Notes: generated from the sequence alone by a model not told the origin. A DNA stretch of 61,362 bases from Minisyncoccota bacterium (GCA_020059045.1 JAGVCW010000018.1:91320-152681); one strand, 5' to 3'; shown: positions 25,363 through 34,305, numbered from the stretch's first letter. Numbers and translations: made by a program.

Positions 25363-25472
25363 GCCATTATCTTTTATTCATCTCTCCTCATTCATCACTC
25401 TTTATTCATTATTCTTACTTCTTTATTCTTTATTCCTCATCCTTTCTTTTTCATTCTTTACTCTATCAAACC

Positions 25473-26468
25473 CTACTTCGCCCAGTGTGACTCAATATAA
25501 GAGTTCACTTCACTCACCTTAAGCGGCGACGTAGTATTACCAGTACGAATAAAGAACTCCTCATCTCCATTCTGACGTAGATACACCGGCTTCGGACTTG
25601 GTGAGACGTAAATCAAGCATATTTGCCGCCCTTCGATCTGCTCAAACGTAAGATCCACATACTGTCTGAATTCTGCACCTATCATTTGCTTAAGCATTTG
25701 GTTGAAATGATTTTCAAAACCATCTCTATCTTTTCTCACAAGCGAGTTTATATCCTCATCGAGACCATAGATTTTTCCATTATCAGTTACACCTATTATG
25801 AGATGCCCGCCATCTCCATTTAGAAAAGCAGTTACGGTTTTAAGTACAGCTTTCTCTAGGTCCTTGCTTGTAATCTTCTTTTTTGTATCCCATCGAAAGG
25901 TTTGTTTAAATTCAAGTTTCTTCCCTTCTCCTTCCAAAATGAGTTCAACCGCAGTTACCACTCTTCGATTGCGGACACTTGCCTGCCGATCATCATTCTC
26001 TATAGTAGTTTTGATAACATTTCTATAAACCTCTGCGTTCTCAATACTTTTTATTTTAAAAGGTTTCTCTCTGTCCTTTATTGTTAGAACTATAGTTCCA
26101 TAATTGAACATGAACTCAAAACCGCTTCGCTTGTACTCCACCTTCTCCACATCTCTTAGAAAAAAAGAGTTTTCTCTGTTAAAGAAGAAGCCCTTACGAT
26201 GCACAATTTCACTCTCTCTGACTCGAAACTCTTCATTATGCCAACTTACAAAGATTAGAAATGTAATAAGAAGCTGTATAAGTGAAGCGGCAAGAGCAAG
26301 AAATATGTCATATCTTATAATACCCGCCACAGCGCTCCCTCTATAAAATTCTTCGTAATTAGTGAAAAATGAAACAGAAACAAGGAAAATAACTAAAATA
26401 AGCTCCATTCGTGCAATCCTGCTAATAAGCACGAATGGGCTCTGTCTTATCACAACCGGGTACTTCAT
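25473..26468 (-). CDS. membrane bPH (YdbT/DUF304-like) domain fused to AlbA_2 (Schlafen-type) domain
   Basis: Two TM helices plus a bPH-like segment. The C-terminus has EGEGKKLEFKQTF...KAVLKTVTAFLNGDGGHLIIGVTDNGKIYGL, typical of AlbA_2. Confidence 0.65.
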   Translation of the reverse strand: MKYPVVIRQSPFVLISRIARMELILVIFLVSVSFFTNYEEFYRGSAVAGIIRYDIFLALAASLIQLLITFLIFVSWHNEEFRVRESEIVHRKGFFFNRENSFFLRDVEKVEYKRSGFEFMFNYGTIVLTIKDREKPFKIKSIENAEVYRNVIKTTIENDDRQASVRNRRVVTAVELILEGEGKKLEFKQTFRWDTKKKITSKDLEKAVLKTVTAFLNGDGGHLIIGVTDNGKIYGLDEDINSLVRKDRDGFENHFNQMLKQMIGAEFRQYVDLTFEQIEGRQICLIYVSPSPKPVYLRQNGDEEFFIRTGNTTSPLKVSEVNSYIESHWAK

Positions 26469-26480
26469 TCCTATATATTA

Positions 26481-27479
26481 TCATGCACGCCCATTGCGAG
26501 TAAGGGCAAGTTCTAAGACGTGATCGAGAAACTCTGGTGCAGTTACTCCAGAAGCACTCAAGGCTTTGGGGTACAAAGAGTTGGGCGTAAGTCCTGGTAA
26601 TGAATTGGTTTCAAGTATATATATTCCTCTGTCAGTATTAACAATAAAGTCAGATCTCGAGTAGTGTGTAAGGCCGAGTGCGTGGTGCGCGTCAATAGCC
26701 AAGTGTTGAAGTTTGGTCTTTGTCGACTCGTCAAACGTACTTGGACAGAACTCTTGCACCGGAGCATCATACTTTGACTCATAATCAAAAAAGTCTTTGT
26801 GTTCGTGTTTAACAATCTCCACTGGTAAAAGTGCGAAAGTGTTGGTGCCATTCCTTGATTCAAGTACACCGCACGTAGCCTCTCGTCCAGAGATGTACTC
26901 TTCAATGATTACTCCGTGAGAATGACGAAATGCATTTTCTATTGCTTTTTGAAATGAAAAGAAATCTCGAGCAAGAGTAACTCCAAGTGAGGAACCTCCT
27001 GTGATCGGCTTTACAATAGATGGTTGCGGGAAGGAACGGAATACCTCGACAATATACTTGTTCGTATGGTTCTTGTGGTTTATGACAATATGGGCCGGAG
27101 TTTTAATCCCAAACTTTTCATACATCTTTTTTGACAACCCTTTATGCATACCTATAGAACTTGCAAGTGACCCCGAGCCTGTAAATGGAATCTTGTGCAT
27201 TTCGAGAAGCGACTGAACCTTACCATCTTCACCATATTTTCCGTGCAATGCATTGAAGATAACATCGACATGTCTGAGCACTTGTTCAGGCCTACGCGTA
27301 AAGCCGCCCACATGCCAATCCCCTTCTTTTGAAACTAGAATATCCAGAGGAATGTATTTTCCCGGCATATGATTCAGAACATGAGCACCAGTATCAAGTG
27401 ATACGGCATATTCATTTGATGGGCCACCACGAAGAACACCTACCCTAACTCTTCCACGACTTAAAGTATCGATACTCAT
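26481..27479 (-). CDS. ddl: D-alanine--D-alanine ligase
   Basis: VGVLRGGPSNEYAVSL, FNALHGKYGEDGKVQSLLE and ATP-grasp blocks. The start is set at MSIDTLS. Confidence 0.92.
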   Translation of the reverse strand: MSIDTLSRGRVRVGVLRGGPSNEYAVSLDTGAHVLNHMPGKYIPLDILVSKEGDWHVGGFTRRPEQVLRHVDVIFNALHGKYGEDGKVQSLLEMHKIPFTGSGSLASSIGMHKGLSKKMYEKFGIKTPAHIVINHKNHTNKYIVEVFRSFPQPSIVKPITGGSSLGVTLARDFFSFQKAIENAFRHSHGVIIEEYISGREATCGVLESRNGTNTFALLPVEIVKHEHKDFFDYESKYDAPVQEFCPSTFDESTKTKLQHLAIDAHHALGLTHYSRSDFIVNTDRGIYILETNSLPGLTPNSLYPKALSASGVTAPEFLDHVLELALTRNGRA

Positions 27480-27529
27480 ATATAGATAATACAACCTCAA
27501 GCTTATATAAAAAAGTCCCTTCAAGCCCT

Positions 27530-27868
27530 ATGCCGACAAAAGAGAGAAGTTGGTAATAACGAGCAAGGCCACCAGCTTACAACTGCTGGTGGCCCTTTAG
27601 GATGCGAATGCTCTGAGAGCGTGACTGAAGCAGCGGCTTCCGTCAAGTTGATCTCGCGATTTCACAGCGAACTACCGGAAAACCGTTCGCGGAAGGAAGC
27701 AAGCGCATCACAAGTGGTGGAAATGAGGCAGATGCGATCTGTGGCACCAGCCAAGGGTACTTGCAAGAAGCTTTCGCTACTTACGTTACCTTGAATGAGC
27801 ATCGACAGACTGAGCCTCTGGCCCCAAATCCACCAAAACAATTTTACAATGGTGCTCTAACTACCAAG
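27530..27868. ncRNA. G+C-rich ORF-free region, candidate structured RNA or long structured uvrC 3' UTR (class unknown)
   Basis: No ORF of 60 aa or more lies wholly within it (two track ORFs only clip its right end). It has a 10-bp hairpin GGCCACCAGC/GCTGGTGGCC (27567-27594), a GCGAAC/GTTCGC hairpin (27667-27690) and a possible long-range GCTTCC/GGAAGC pairing. Composition differs from the flanking genes. Confidence 0.35.
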
Positions 27869-29260
27869 TTACTCTTCTCCTCTTCTATCGTCAATACGAA
27901 AGCTGTTGCCTCTTTGGGGATATCTTTTTGCAACACGAAATGGCTTTCTGAGCAAATTACGATGGTATGCAATGGCAAATCTGTGCGCCTCAGAATTGGC
28001 AAGCAAAATCTCTTTATTGTGTAGTGACACTGTACCTTTCGACCCAATTATCTCTCTAGCTTTATGTTTGTCATCTTTTGTTACTGCCACGATCTCAATA
28101 TTGTTACCTCTTTCCGTTAGTACTTCCTTTGCTGTATTCCACTGTGCTTGACCTCCGTCTATTACTACCAAGTTCGGTAGTGGCCACTCTGAGTGACCCA
28201 GACGTCTTACAAGCACCTCCTTTAGATTTCCTGTATCATCTATTCCTACTACTCCATTTCTTCCTCTTATCCTAAATTTTCGATATTCCTCTTTTTTAGC
28301 CTCACCGTTTATAACCGCAACCATCACTCCAACTGTTGCAGATCCGGCAATATGAGCAATGTCATATGCTTCAATACGAAATTCTTTTCGATTTATTGCT
28401 TCGTTTGCTTCAGCAAGAAAGTTTTCTGCTGTATCCGCTTCTCTAAACACCTCACGCTTGAGTAGTGATACGTCATGAATATGATTAAGGGCAAAGAGTT
28501 GACGTTTTGTTACGTCTGCTTTCTCAAACTCTTTTATTTTCGCATAAGCCTTCATCTCCCGCTCCAAATTCTTTGCAATTCTATCCTTCCTACCTTCAAA
28601 AAATAAAATAAGGTTCTTAATATTTTTTCCATATTCCTTGTATGTAATTTTACCAGCACACACACCGGGGCAGAGCCCAATCTGACTATTGAAGCAAGTA
28701 ATGGGAACAAAATCTCTAGGCACGCGTGAAGTAGATTTACGATTATCAAATTTCTCTTTCTGGGTCTCATAAGGTATACACTTATCACGAAACGGAAATA
28801 TACGTCTAATAATCTTTAATGCTTCTCGCAGTTGGCCTCCATGAGGGAAAGGCCCAAAGGCAGCCTTAAATTGCTTCCCTTCAGCCTCATAAAGAAGATT
28901 ACGCCCTCTAACAGTTAGCACTCGAGGCCATCTTTCATTAGTAATAACAACATAATTGAAGCTTTTATCATCTTTTGAAAGGATATTAGCGTCAGGTTTA
29001 TATTTCTTTATGTTGAAAGCTTCCAGAATAAGTGCTTCTAAAACTGAACTTGTCGTCTTATACGTAACTGTATCAGAATTTTCTATCATTCTTACTATTC
29101 TTCCACCTCTAGTTAGTACAAGATCACGAGAGAAATAACTTTTTACTCGATCATTAAGGGAAGTAGCCTTCCCTATGTAGAGAATCTTTCCGCCGGATTT
29201 AAAAAAGTAAACTCCAGGAGTATCGGGTAAGTTAAGTTTTTTAAAATCTTCTATTTTCAT
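27869..29260 (-). CDS. uvrC: excinuclease ABC subunit C (short form, no recognisable C-terminal HhH2)
   Basis: GIY-YIG motif PGVYFFKSGGKILYIGKATSLNDRVKSYF, a UVR domain and an RNase-H-like endonuclease domain ending RFAIAYHRNLLRK. Total length 463 aa. Confidence 0.9.
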   Translation of the reverse strand: MKIEDFKKLNLPDTPGVYFFKSGGKILYIGKATSLNDRVKSYFSRDLVLTRGGRIVRMIENSDTVTYKTTSSVLEALILEAFNIKKYKPDANILSKDDKSFNYVVITNERWPRVLTVRGRNLLYEAEGKQFKAAFGPFPHGGQLREALKIIRRIFPFRDKCIPYETQKEKFDNRKSTSRVPRDFVPITCFNSQIGLCPGVCAGKITYKEYGKNIKNLILFFEGRKDRIAKNLEREMKAYAKIKEFEKADVTKRQLFALNHIHDVSLLKREVFREADTAENFLAEANEAINRKEFRIEAYDIAHIAGSATVGVMVAVINGEAKKEEYRKFRIRGRNGVVGIDDTGNLKEVLVRRLGHSEWPLPNLVVIDGGQAQWNTAKEVLTERGNNIEIVAVTKDDKHKAREIIGSKGTVSLHNKEILLANSEAHRFAIAYHRNLLRKPFRVAKRYPQRGNSFRIDDRRGEE

Positions 29261-29370
29261 TAAAATTTAAGATATCCACATCTTGACGCGTGCCGAGATC
29301 AAACATACCCTAAACATAGACACGAATCAATGTTCTTTCTTTCACTCAAACGCCTAACCATAGAGCAAAC

Positions 29371-29565
29371 ATGAATGCGAAAGAAATGGTTCATGCGTGG
29401 GGTGAATTGCGTAAGATTTTACGCAAGAGGCCTGCAGACATAACAGATGGAGATATGCGGACCATCAAAAGACTTGAGAGTGAATGCCCGACAATTCCAA
29501 TGGCTGAACGCAGAGGTATTGACGAGTTACGACATAGATGTGGTAATAGCGAGAGAGTTACGTAG
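29371..29565 (+). CDS. hypothetical small protein (64 aa)
   Basis: G+C-richer ORF. The terminator AGAGAG/CTCTCT plus T6 (29552-29576) overlaps its stop. Confidence 0.5.
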   Translation: MNAKEMVHAWGELRKILRKRPADITDGDMRTIKRLESECPTIPMAERRGIDELRHRCGNSERVT

Positions 29566-29581
29566 CTCTCTTTTTTGTATT

Positions 29582-29614
29582 AAAAAAGCATCGAGTTTAA
29601 ACAAACCTCGATGC
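29582..29614 (-). terminator. rho-independent terminator
   Basis: Minus-strand hairpin GCATCGAG/CTCGATGC followed by T6. Confidence 0.7.
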
Positions 29615-29621
29615 CCAGACA

Positions 29622-29795
29622 TTACCTACGAGAGTGGTGACCTCCCCATTTATTTTCAGTTTCAAGTTCAAACTCGTCCGGAGCCACAACTACCTGACTT
29701 GTTTTAGAAAGCTTGGGACCTCCGTTTTTCTCAACTTGAGAATCGCTTGTCGTTTTAGATTCCGCTTTTGTCTCAGCCTTACGAGGTTTAGCCAC
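29622..29795 (-). CDS. small charged protein (57 aa, GTG start)
   Basis: Hand-found. TAAGGAG lies 5 nt before the GTG. The product is VAKPRKAETKAESKTTSDSQVEKNGGPKLSKTSQVVVAPDEFELETENKWGGHHSRR. A terminator follows. It is below the track size cut-off. Confidence 0.5.
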   Translation of the reverse strand: MAKPRKAETKAESKTTSDSQVEKNGGPKLSKTSQVVVAPDEFELETENKWGGHHSRR

Positions 29796-29859
29796 AGTAG
29801 CTCCTTAAGACGGAAGTAAGTGCATTCTACAAAAATTATATAGAAATTTGAAACAACAA

Positions 29860-32535
29860 TCAATGAGAGTTTTTGAGAGCCTTTTTCAAATATTTTGCTG
29901 TGTACGAACTACTTATACCCGCAAGATACTCCGGGTTTCCCGCCGCAATAAGCTTGCCACCACCACTTCCACCTTCTGGCCCAAAGTCGATCACGTAATC
30001 AGAGGATTTTATTAGATCCATATTGTGTTCAATCACAAGCACTGTGTTGCCATGATCTACTAACTTTTGCAGTATCTCAATAAGTTTCTTTACATCATCA
30101 TAATGTAGACCAATGGTAGGCTCATCAAGCAGGTATATCGTCTTTTGCATGTGCGGCCGATAGAGCTCTGATGATATCTTTACTCTTTGTGCTTCACCGC
30201 CAGATAGAGTTGTGGCTGATTGCCCGAGTTCAAGATACCCAAGCCCCACATCATCCATCGTCTTCAATCTGTCATAAATTGCAGGAATATCTTCAAAAAA
30301 CTTAAGTGCCTCCTCCACAGTCATCTTTAGTATTTGAGAAATGTTTTTCTTTTTGTATTCAACTTCGAGTGTCTCTTTCATAAAACGCTTTCCTCGACAA
30401 ACATCACAAGGCACATAAACAGTTGGAAGAAAATGCATTTCCACCGCTATCTCTCCGTTACCTTGACATGTCTCGCATCTACCACCTTGCACATTGAATG
30501 AGAAGCGGTTTGCCTTCCATCCACGAGCTCGTGCTTCCGACGTTTCCGCAAAGAGCTCCCTTATGAAAGTCCATGACCCTGTATAAGTTGCAGGATTAGA
30601 GCGGGGTGTACGTCCAATCGGTGATTGATCAATAAGTATCGATCGCCCCAAGTATTCAGTACCTTTAAACTCCTTACAATTGTAAACATCTGCTGAGCGG
30701 TACCGTCTATCGAATCTTGCTTGAAGATTTTTGTGCAAGATTTCATACATAAATGACGACTTTCCGGACCCAGATACTCCAGTTACAACTATAAAGCGTC
30801 CAAGTGGTACATCAACATTTAAATTTTGTATATTAAAAATATTTCCTCCTCGTACCTGCAGTGCCCCACGATTCTCAGTACGTCTTTCAGAAGGTAACTC
30901 AATTTTGAGTTCGCCTCGAAGATAGGCAAGCGTTCTTGAGTGGCCATCAATTCTTTTGGCAACTAACAAATCTTCAAGCCACCCCGAGGTTACGATTTCA
31001 CCTCCATGTACGCCGGCCCCGGGGCCAATGTCCACAATATAGTCAGACGAAAATATTGTGTCTTCGTCATGCTCCACAACGATTATTGTGTTACCAAGAT
31101 CACGCAGATTTAAAAGAGTTTTTATGAGCCTATCATTGTCACGTGAATGTAAGCCAATTGTCGGTTCATCAAGCACATAGAGTGCCCCCACAAGCCCACT
31201 GCCGAGCTGGGATGCCAGTCTAATTCGCTGTGCTTCACCACCAGACAGAGTATGAGCTCGCCTATCAAGTGAGAGGTATTCGATCCCCACATTTATCATA
31301 AATTGAAGTCTAGATTCAATTTCTTTCAACACTACTTTTGCAATTTCTTTTTCTACTTTTGTTAAGTTGAGATTGTTAAAAAAGTCAAAAGCGTCAGAAA
31401 TTGACATTCTAGTAACTTGCACAATGTTTTTTGCCCCGTGCGAAGTAGCCCCTCCTTGGGATGGGGCGTAAGTTCGCTTGGGGTTCCCACCGATTAAAAC
31501 ATTTAGGGCTTCTGGTCGAAGTCTCGCGCCCGCACACACTGGGCACACTTCATCACCAAAAAAGTGCTTTGTTCCCAACCCATTACATTCCGGGCATGCA
31601 CCATATGGAGAGTTGAAAGAGAAGAGTCTTGGCTCAATTTCTGGAAATGAAAATCCGTCATTCGGACAGGCAAATTTGGATGACATAAGATAGTCATCTT
31701 CTAGAGATCGCATGTCGTGAAGTGTTTTTGAATCAGTAAACAGAAAACGTACGAGCCCATCGCTTTCTGAAATTGCTTTTTCAAGAGATTCGAAAAGTCT
31801 TTCATTCGCACTCTTCGGATCTTCTGTAAAATCTGATATCTCTATTTGATCGACAAGTACGTCTATATCATGCCTTTTTGTTTTCGAAAGAATTATTTGA
31901 TCACGAAGTTTCTTACGCACTCCATCTACTACTACATCACTGTATCCCTTGCCTAAAAGGTCATAAAGAAGCTGGTAATACTCTCCTTTTCGGCCTCTTA
32001 CCATGGGCGCAAATATCTCTACATAGTATGGAAACGTGATTCGATTAGTTCCCTTGGATAAGACCTTTCTCTTCTCAGAGATTTTTTGAAGCACAATATT
32101 TTTTATCTCCTCTATTGAAAGACGCTTGATCTCTTGCCCACATAGAAGACAGTGTGGGTGCCCAATGCGTGCGAAAAGTACTCGAAGATAGTCATAAATC
32201 TCGGTGATAGTAGCAACGGTTGAGCGCGGATTATTGGACCGTGACTTTTGATCAATAGATATAGCGGGAGATAACCCTACAATCTCGTCTACATCAGGTT
32301 TTTGCATCTGCCTTAGAAACTGCCTTGCATATGATGATAATGACTCCACATACCTGCGCTGGCCTTCCGCGAAAATTGTGTCAAAGGCAAGTGAAGACTT
32401 ACCGGATCCAGATAATCCAGTAAATACCACCATCTTATTGCGAGGCATCTCGACAGTCACATCCTTAAGATTGTGTGTACGTGCTCCTCTTACTATAAGC
32501 AAGTCACTAGATGTTTTTTTAGTATCTTTCTTCAT
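29860..32535 (-). CDS. uvrA: excinuclease ABC subunit A
   Basis: Two ABC modules ([24 protein letters not shown]), LSGGEAQR signatures twice, and zinc modules. The start is set at MKKDTKK (ATG at 32535). Confidence 0.97.
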   Translation of the reverse strand: MKKDTKKTSSDLLIVRGARTHNLKDVTVEMPRNKMVVFTGLSGSGKSSLAFDTIFAEGQRRYVESLSSYARQFLRQMQKPDVDEIVGLSPAISIDQKSRSNNPRSTVATITEIYDYLRVLFARIGHPHCLLCGQEIKRLSIEEIKNIVLQKISEKRKVLSKGTNRITFPYYVEIFAPMVRGRKGEYYQLLYDLLGKGYSDVVVDGVRKKLRDQIILSKTKRHDIDVLVDQIEISDFTEDPKSANERLFESLEKAISESDGLVRFLFTDSKTLHDMRSLEDDYLMSSKFACPNDGFSFPEIEPRLFSFNSPYGACPECNGLGTKHFFGDEVCPVCAGARLRPEALNVLIGGNPKRTYAPSQGGATSHGAKNIVQVTRMSISDAFDFFNNLNLTKVEKEIAKVVLKEIESRLQFMINVGIEYLSLDRRAHTLSGGEAQRIRLASQLGSGLVGALYVLDEPTIGLHSRDNDRLIKTLLNLRDLGNTIIVVEHDEDTIFSSDYIVDIGPGAGVHGGEIVTSGWLEDLLVAKRIDGHSRTLAYLRGELKIELPSERRTENRGALQVRGGNIFNIQNLNVDVPLGRFIVVTGVSGSGKSSFMYEILHKNLQARFDRRYRSADVYNCKEFKGTEYLGRSILIDQSPIGRTPRSNPATYTGSWTFIRELFAETSEARARGWKANRFSFNVQGGRCETCQGNGEIAVEMHFLPTVYVPCDVCRGKRFMKETLEVEYKKKNISQILKMTVEEALKFFEDIPAIYDRLKTMDDVGLGYLELGQSATTLSGGEAQRVKISSELYRPHMQKTIYLLDEPTIGLHYDDVKKLIEILQKLVDHGNTVLVIEHNMDLIKSSDYVIDFGPEGGSGGGKLIAAGNPEYLAGISSSYTAKYLKKALKNSH

Positions 32536-32686
32536 ATTGAAATACATCTCGCCCCGTACGAAGTAGACCATGATTGGTCGTGACTTCGTGTGGGGTGTGT
32601 ACGTGCTCCTCTTACTATAAGCAAGTCACTAGATGTTTTTTTAGTATCTTTCTTCATATTGAAATACATCTCGCCCCGTACGAAGT
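32473..32686. repeat. perfect 92-bp tandem direct repeat (32473-32564 and 32595-32686, period 122 bp) covering the uvrA start region
   Basis: Base-by-base comparison shows the copies are identical over 92 nt. Each contains 29 nt of leader, the ATG and the first 21 uvrA codons. Confidence 0.9.
32532..32657 (-). other. 41-codon upstream ORF created by the duplication; its TGA overlaps the uvrA ATG (ATGA)
   Basis: [21 protein letters not shown] (identical to UvrA residues 1-21), then [20 protein letters not shown]. The stop is at 32532-32534 and the uvrA ATG at 32533-32535. Confidence 0.5.
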
Positions 32687-32798
32687 GGCCTTCCTATTTT
32701 TCATTTTAATCTTTCATTTTTGCCTTATATACAATATTCCCCCGGGTTTGCCCTAGGGGTTAGGTAGCTATTATAGCAGGAACACCACACACATTGAA

Positions 32799-32841
32799 AG
32801 CACTCTCACTTGGACGTCCAACGTCCAAGTGAGAGTGCTTG
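32799..32841. repeat. 19-bp perfect inverted repeat (AAGCACTCTCACTTGGACG-TCCAA-CGTCCAAGTGAGAGTGCTT)
   Basis: Read directly. It has no flanking T-run and ends 3 nt before a TTGACA hexamer. Confidence 0.85.
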
Positions 32842-32844
32842 TCT

Positions 32845-32873
32845 TGACATATCAATAATAAATTGTAGCATAC
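32845..32873 (+). promoter_or_regulatory. possible promoter (TTGACA, 16-nt spacer, TAGCAT)
   Basis: TTGACA at 32845-32850 with a weak -10. It would give a leader of about 105 nt before the ATG at 32982. Confidence 0.35.
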
Positions 32874-32981
32874 AGTTCAGAACACCTGAGCCCATAGGAG
32901 TCTGAAGTATCACGAGATGGCCGGAAACCACCTTTGTGATGTGGCACGGACGCCACCGAAAGCTATTGGGAGGGACGCCCC

Positions 32982-33533
32982 ATGACATTCCGCAAGGCAT
33001 TTTACCAAGAACTCATCTCACCTGTATTATTTGAGCTTTGGAGAAGTGCAAATTCAAAGAGCAAAGAAACAATCTCTAACTACAGGCCTGCCTGGCTAAT
33101 TCTTTTGGGTCTGGGAAATGGTTTGTTGGTTTTTGTTCCGAAAGAACAGGTAGCTTTTCTCATTTTCGGAGTTATTATCTTGACAGTCAGTGGACTTCTC
33201 TACCAGGACGATCCCGAGAGAACCTTTCTCAAGGACTCTACAAAGCTTGTTGCTTATCTTCCTAGGGCTGCTCTTGTAGATTCAGTAATGATCCAGAAGT
33301 ATGTAGACAATTTTCTGATTGGATGTGCAGAGGAAATTTGCCTCCTTGAGGACAGAGGTCAACAATTGTCAGGGATGCATGAAGCGTTGACCAAAAGACT
33401 TGGTAACGGATACGACGTATTCAAGAGGTTTGGCTTAACTGATAAACGTGGTTACGAAGCATACTTCGTTCACGCCCGACAAAACATTACTAACCGAGAA
33501 AAAGAGAACCTTGGTCTGTCACACAAGATCTAG
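32982..33533 (+). CDS. hypothetical membrane protein (183 aa)
   Basis: GGGAGGG RBS, two central TM helices, G+C-richer than the backbone. Confidence 0.6.
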   Translation: MTFRKAFYQELISPVLFELWRSANSKSKETISNYRPAWLILLGLGNGLLVFVPKEQVAFLIFGVIILTVSGLLYQDDPERTFLKDSTKLVAYLPRAALVDSVMIQKYVDNFLIGCAEEICLLEDRGQQLSGMHEALTKRLGNGYDVFKRFGLTDKRGYEAYFVHARQNITNREKENLGLSHKI

Positions 33534-33543
33534 AAACGCATTT

Positions 33544-33576
33544 ACCACCTTGAGTTTATCGAAAGGTGGTTTTTTA
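33544..33576 (+). terminator. rho-independent terminator
   Basis: Hairpin ACCACCTT/AAGGTGGT followed by T5. Confidence 0.7.
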
Positions 33577-33636
33577 TAATTCAAAATGAAAAAAGCCTTG
33601 GGTGATTTGTGGTCAAAACCCAAAGCTTCGAGATAT

Positions 33637-34305
33637 CTATACTGTACCCATTGGCAACATAGGGATATACCCTTGCCCCATGTAAATATTATCAATCCGT
33701 GCACAACCAATACTAACAACCTGCCTCATCGGATTAAACGAAAGATCCGGAACAAGAGTGTATCCATTTAGTGACCCACCCTTAACGCGTATTACTGACT
33801 TCCAGAGGCAAAGCGACCTGTCTGTGACATTCCTTTCATTCCATTCTAACGGCCACAGCCATGGTCTTTTAGCAATTTCCTCGCCATCTCGGAGCGAGAG
33901 GCACTGCCCTATAGTACCTGTAGCCTTAAGAGAGTTATACAAATCCTTGCCCGCAGAATGATCTAGTCTTTCAGAAATACCAAACGGGGCTTTGCTAAAT
34001 ATAACATCCGACAGCACAATCTCATTTGGACCGTGATTCTCAAGATCAGGCTCAAGAACTTCAACTTCAACATCCCCAAATCTCGCTTCCGGAAATAAGT
34101 TCATGTATTGCGGTGGCTTTGTTCTATCTACTCGTACAAACATCTCTACAGGCACTACTTTGTGTGTGCCTTCGAGGACCCGGCGAAAATCTCGAAGATG
34201 ATTTCTGCTCTTGAGCAGATTGATCTGTTCATTTGTCCATCCGTGCCTCCGGAATCCATCTTTTAGATCTGCCGCGGTCTCGACATCGAGTCTAAATTCA
34301 CTCAT
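33637..34305 (-). CDS. hypothetical protein (222 aa)
   Basis: G+C-richer ORF with an AAGGA RBS. No recognised domain. Confidence 0.6.
   Translation of the reverse strand: MSEFRLDVETAADLKDGFRRHGWTNEQINLLKSRNHLRDFRRVLEGTHKVVPVEMFVRVDRTKPPQYMNLFPEARFGDVEVEVLEPDLENHGPNEIVLSDVIFSKAPFGISERLDHSAGKDLYNSLKATGTIGQCLSLRDGEEIAKRPWLWPLEWNERNVTDRSLCLWKSVIRVKGGSLNGYTLVPDLSFNPMRQVVSIGCARIDNIYMGQGYIPMLPMGTV

Noticed and set aside
25363-25472. Possible CRISPR array or tandem repeat in the low-complexity spacers (also 7142-7230 and 20781-20802)
   Set aside because: There are no regularly spaced identical repeats of CRISPR length. Only short degenerate A/T/C-rich reiterations and a 2.4-copy 9-mer (AATTAGGTC) are present. 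No CRISPR array was seen anywhere in the window.
27530-27868. Calling this region SRP RNA, RNase P RNA or tmRNA
   Set aside because: A 12-nt match to the SRP domain IV core (CGGAAGGAAGCA) is present. However, the nucleotides 5' of GGAA cannot form the apical helix, and the 5' AGG loop strand is missing. There are no GAGGAAAGTCC / ACAGAA..CGGCTTA RNase P motifs, and no tmRNA T-arm or CCACCA acceptor context. It is left as unknown class.
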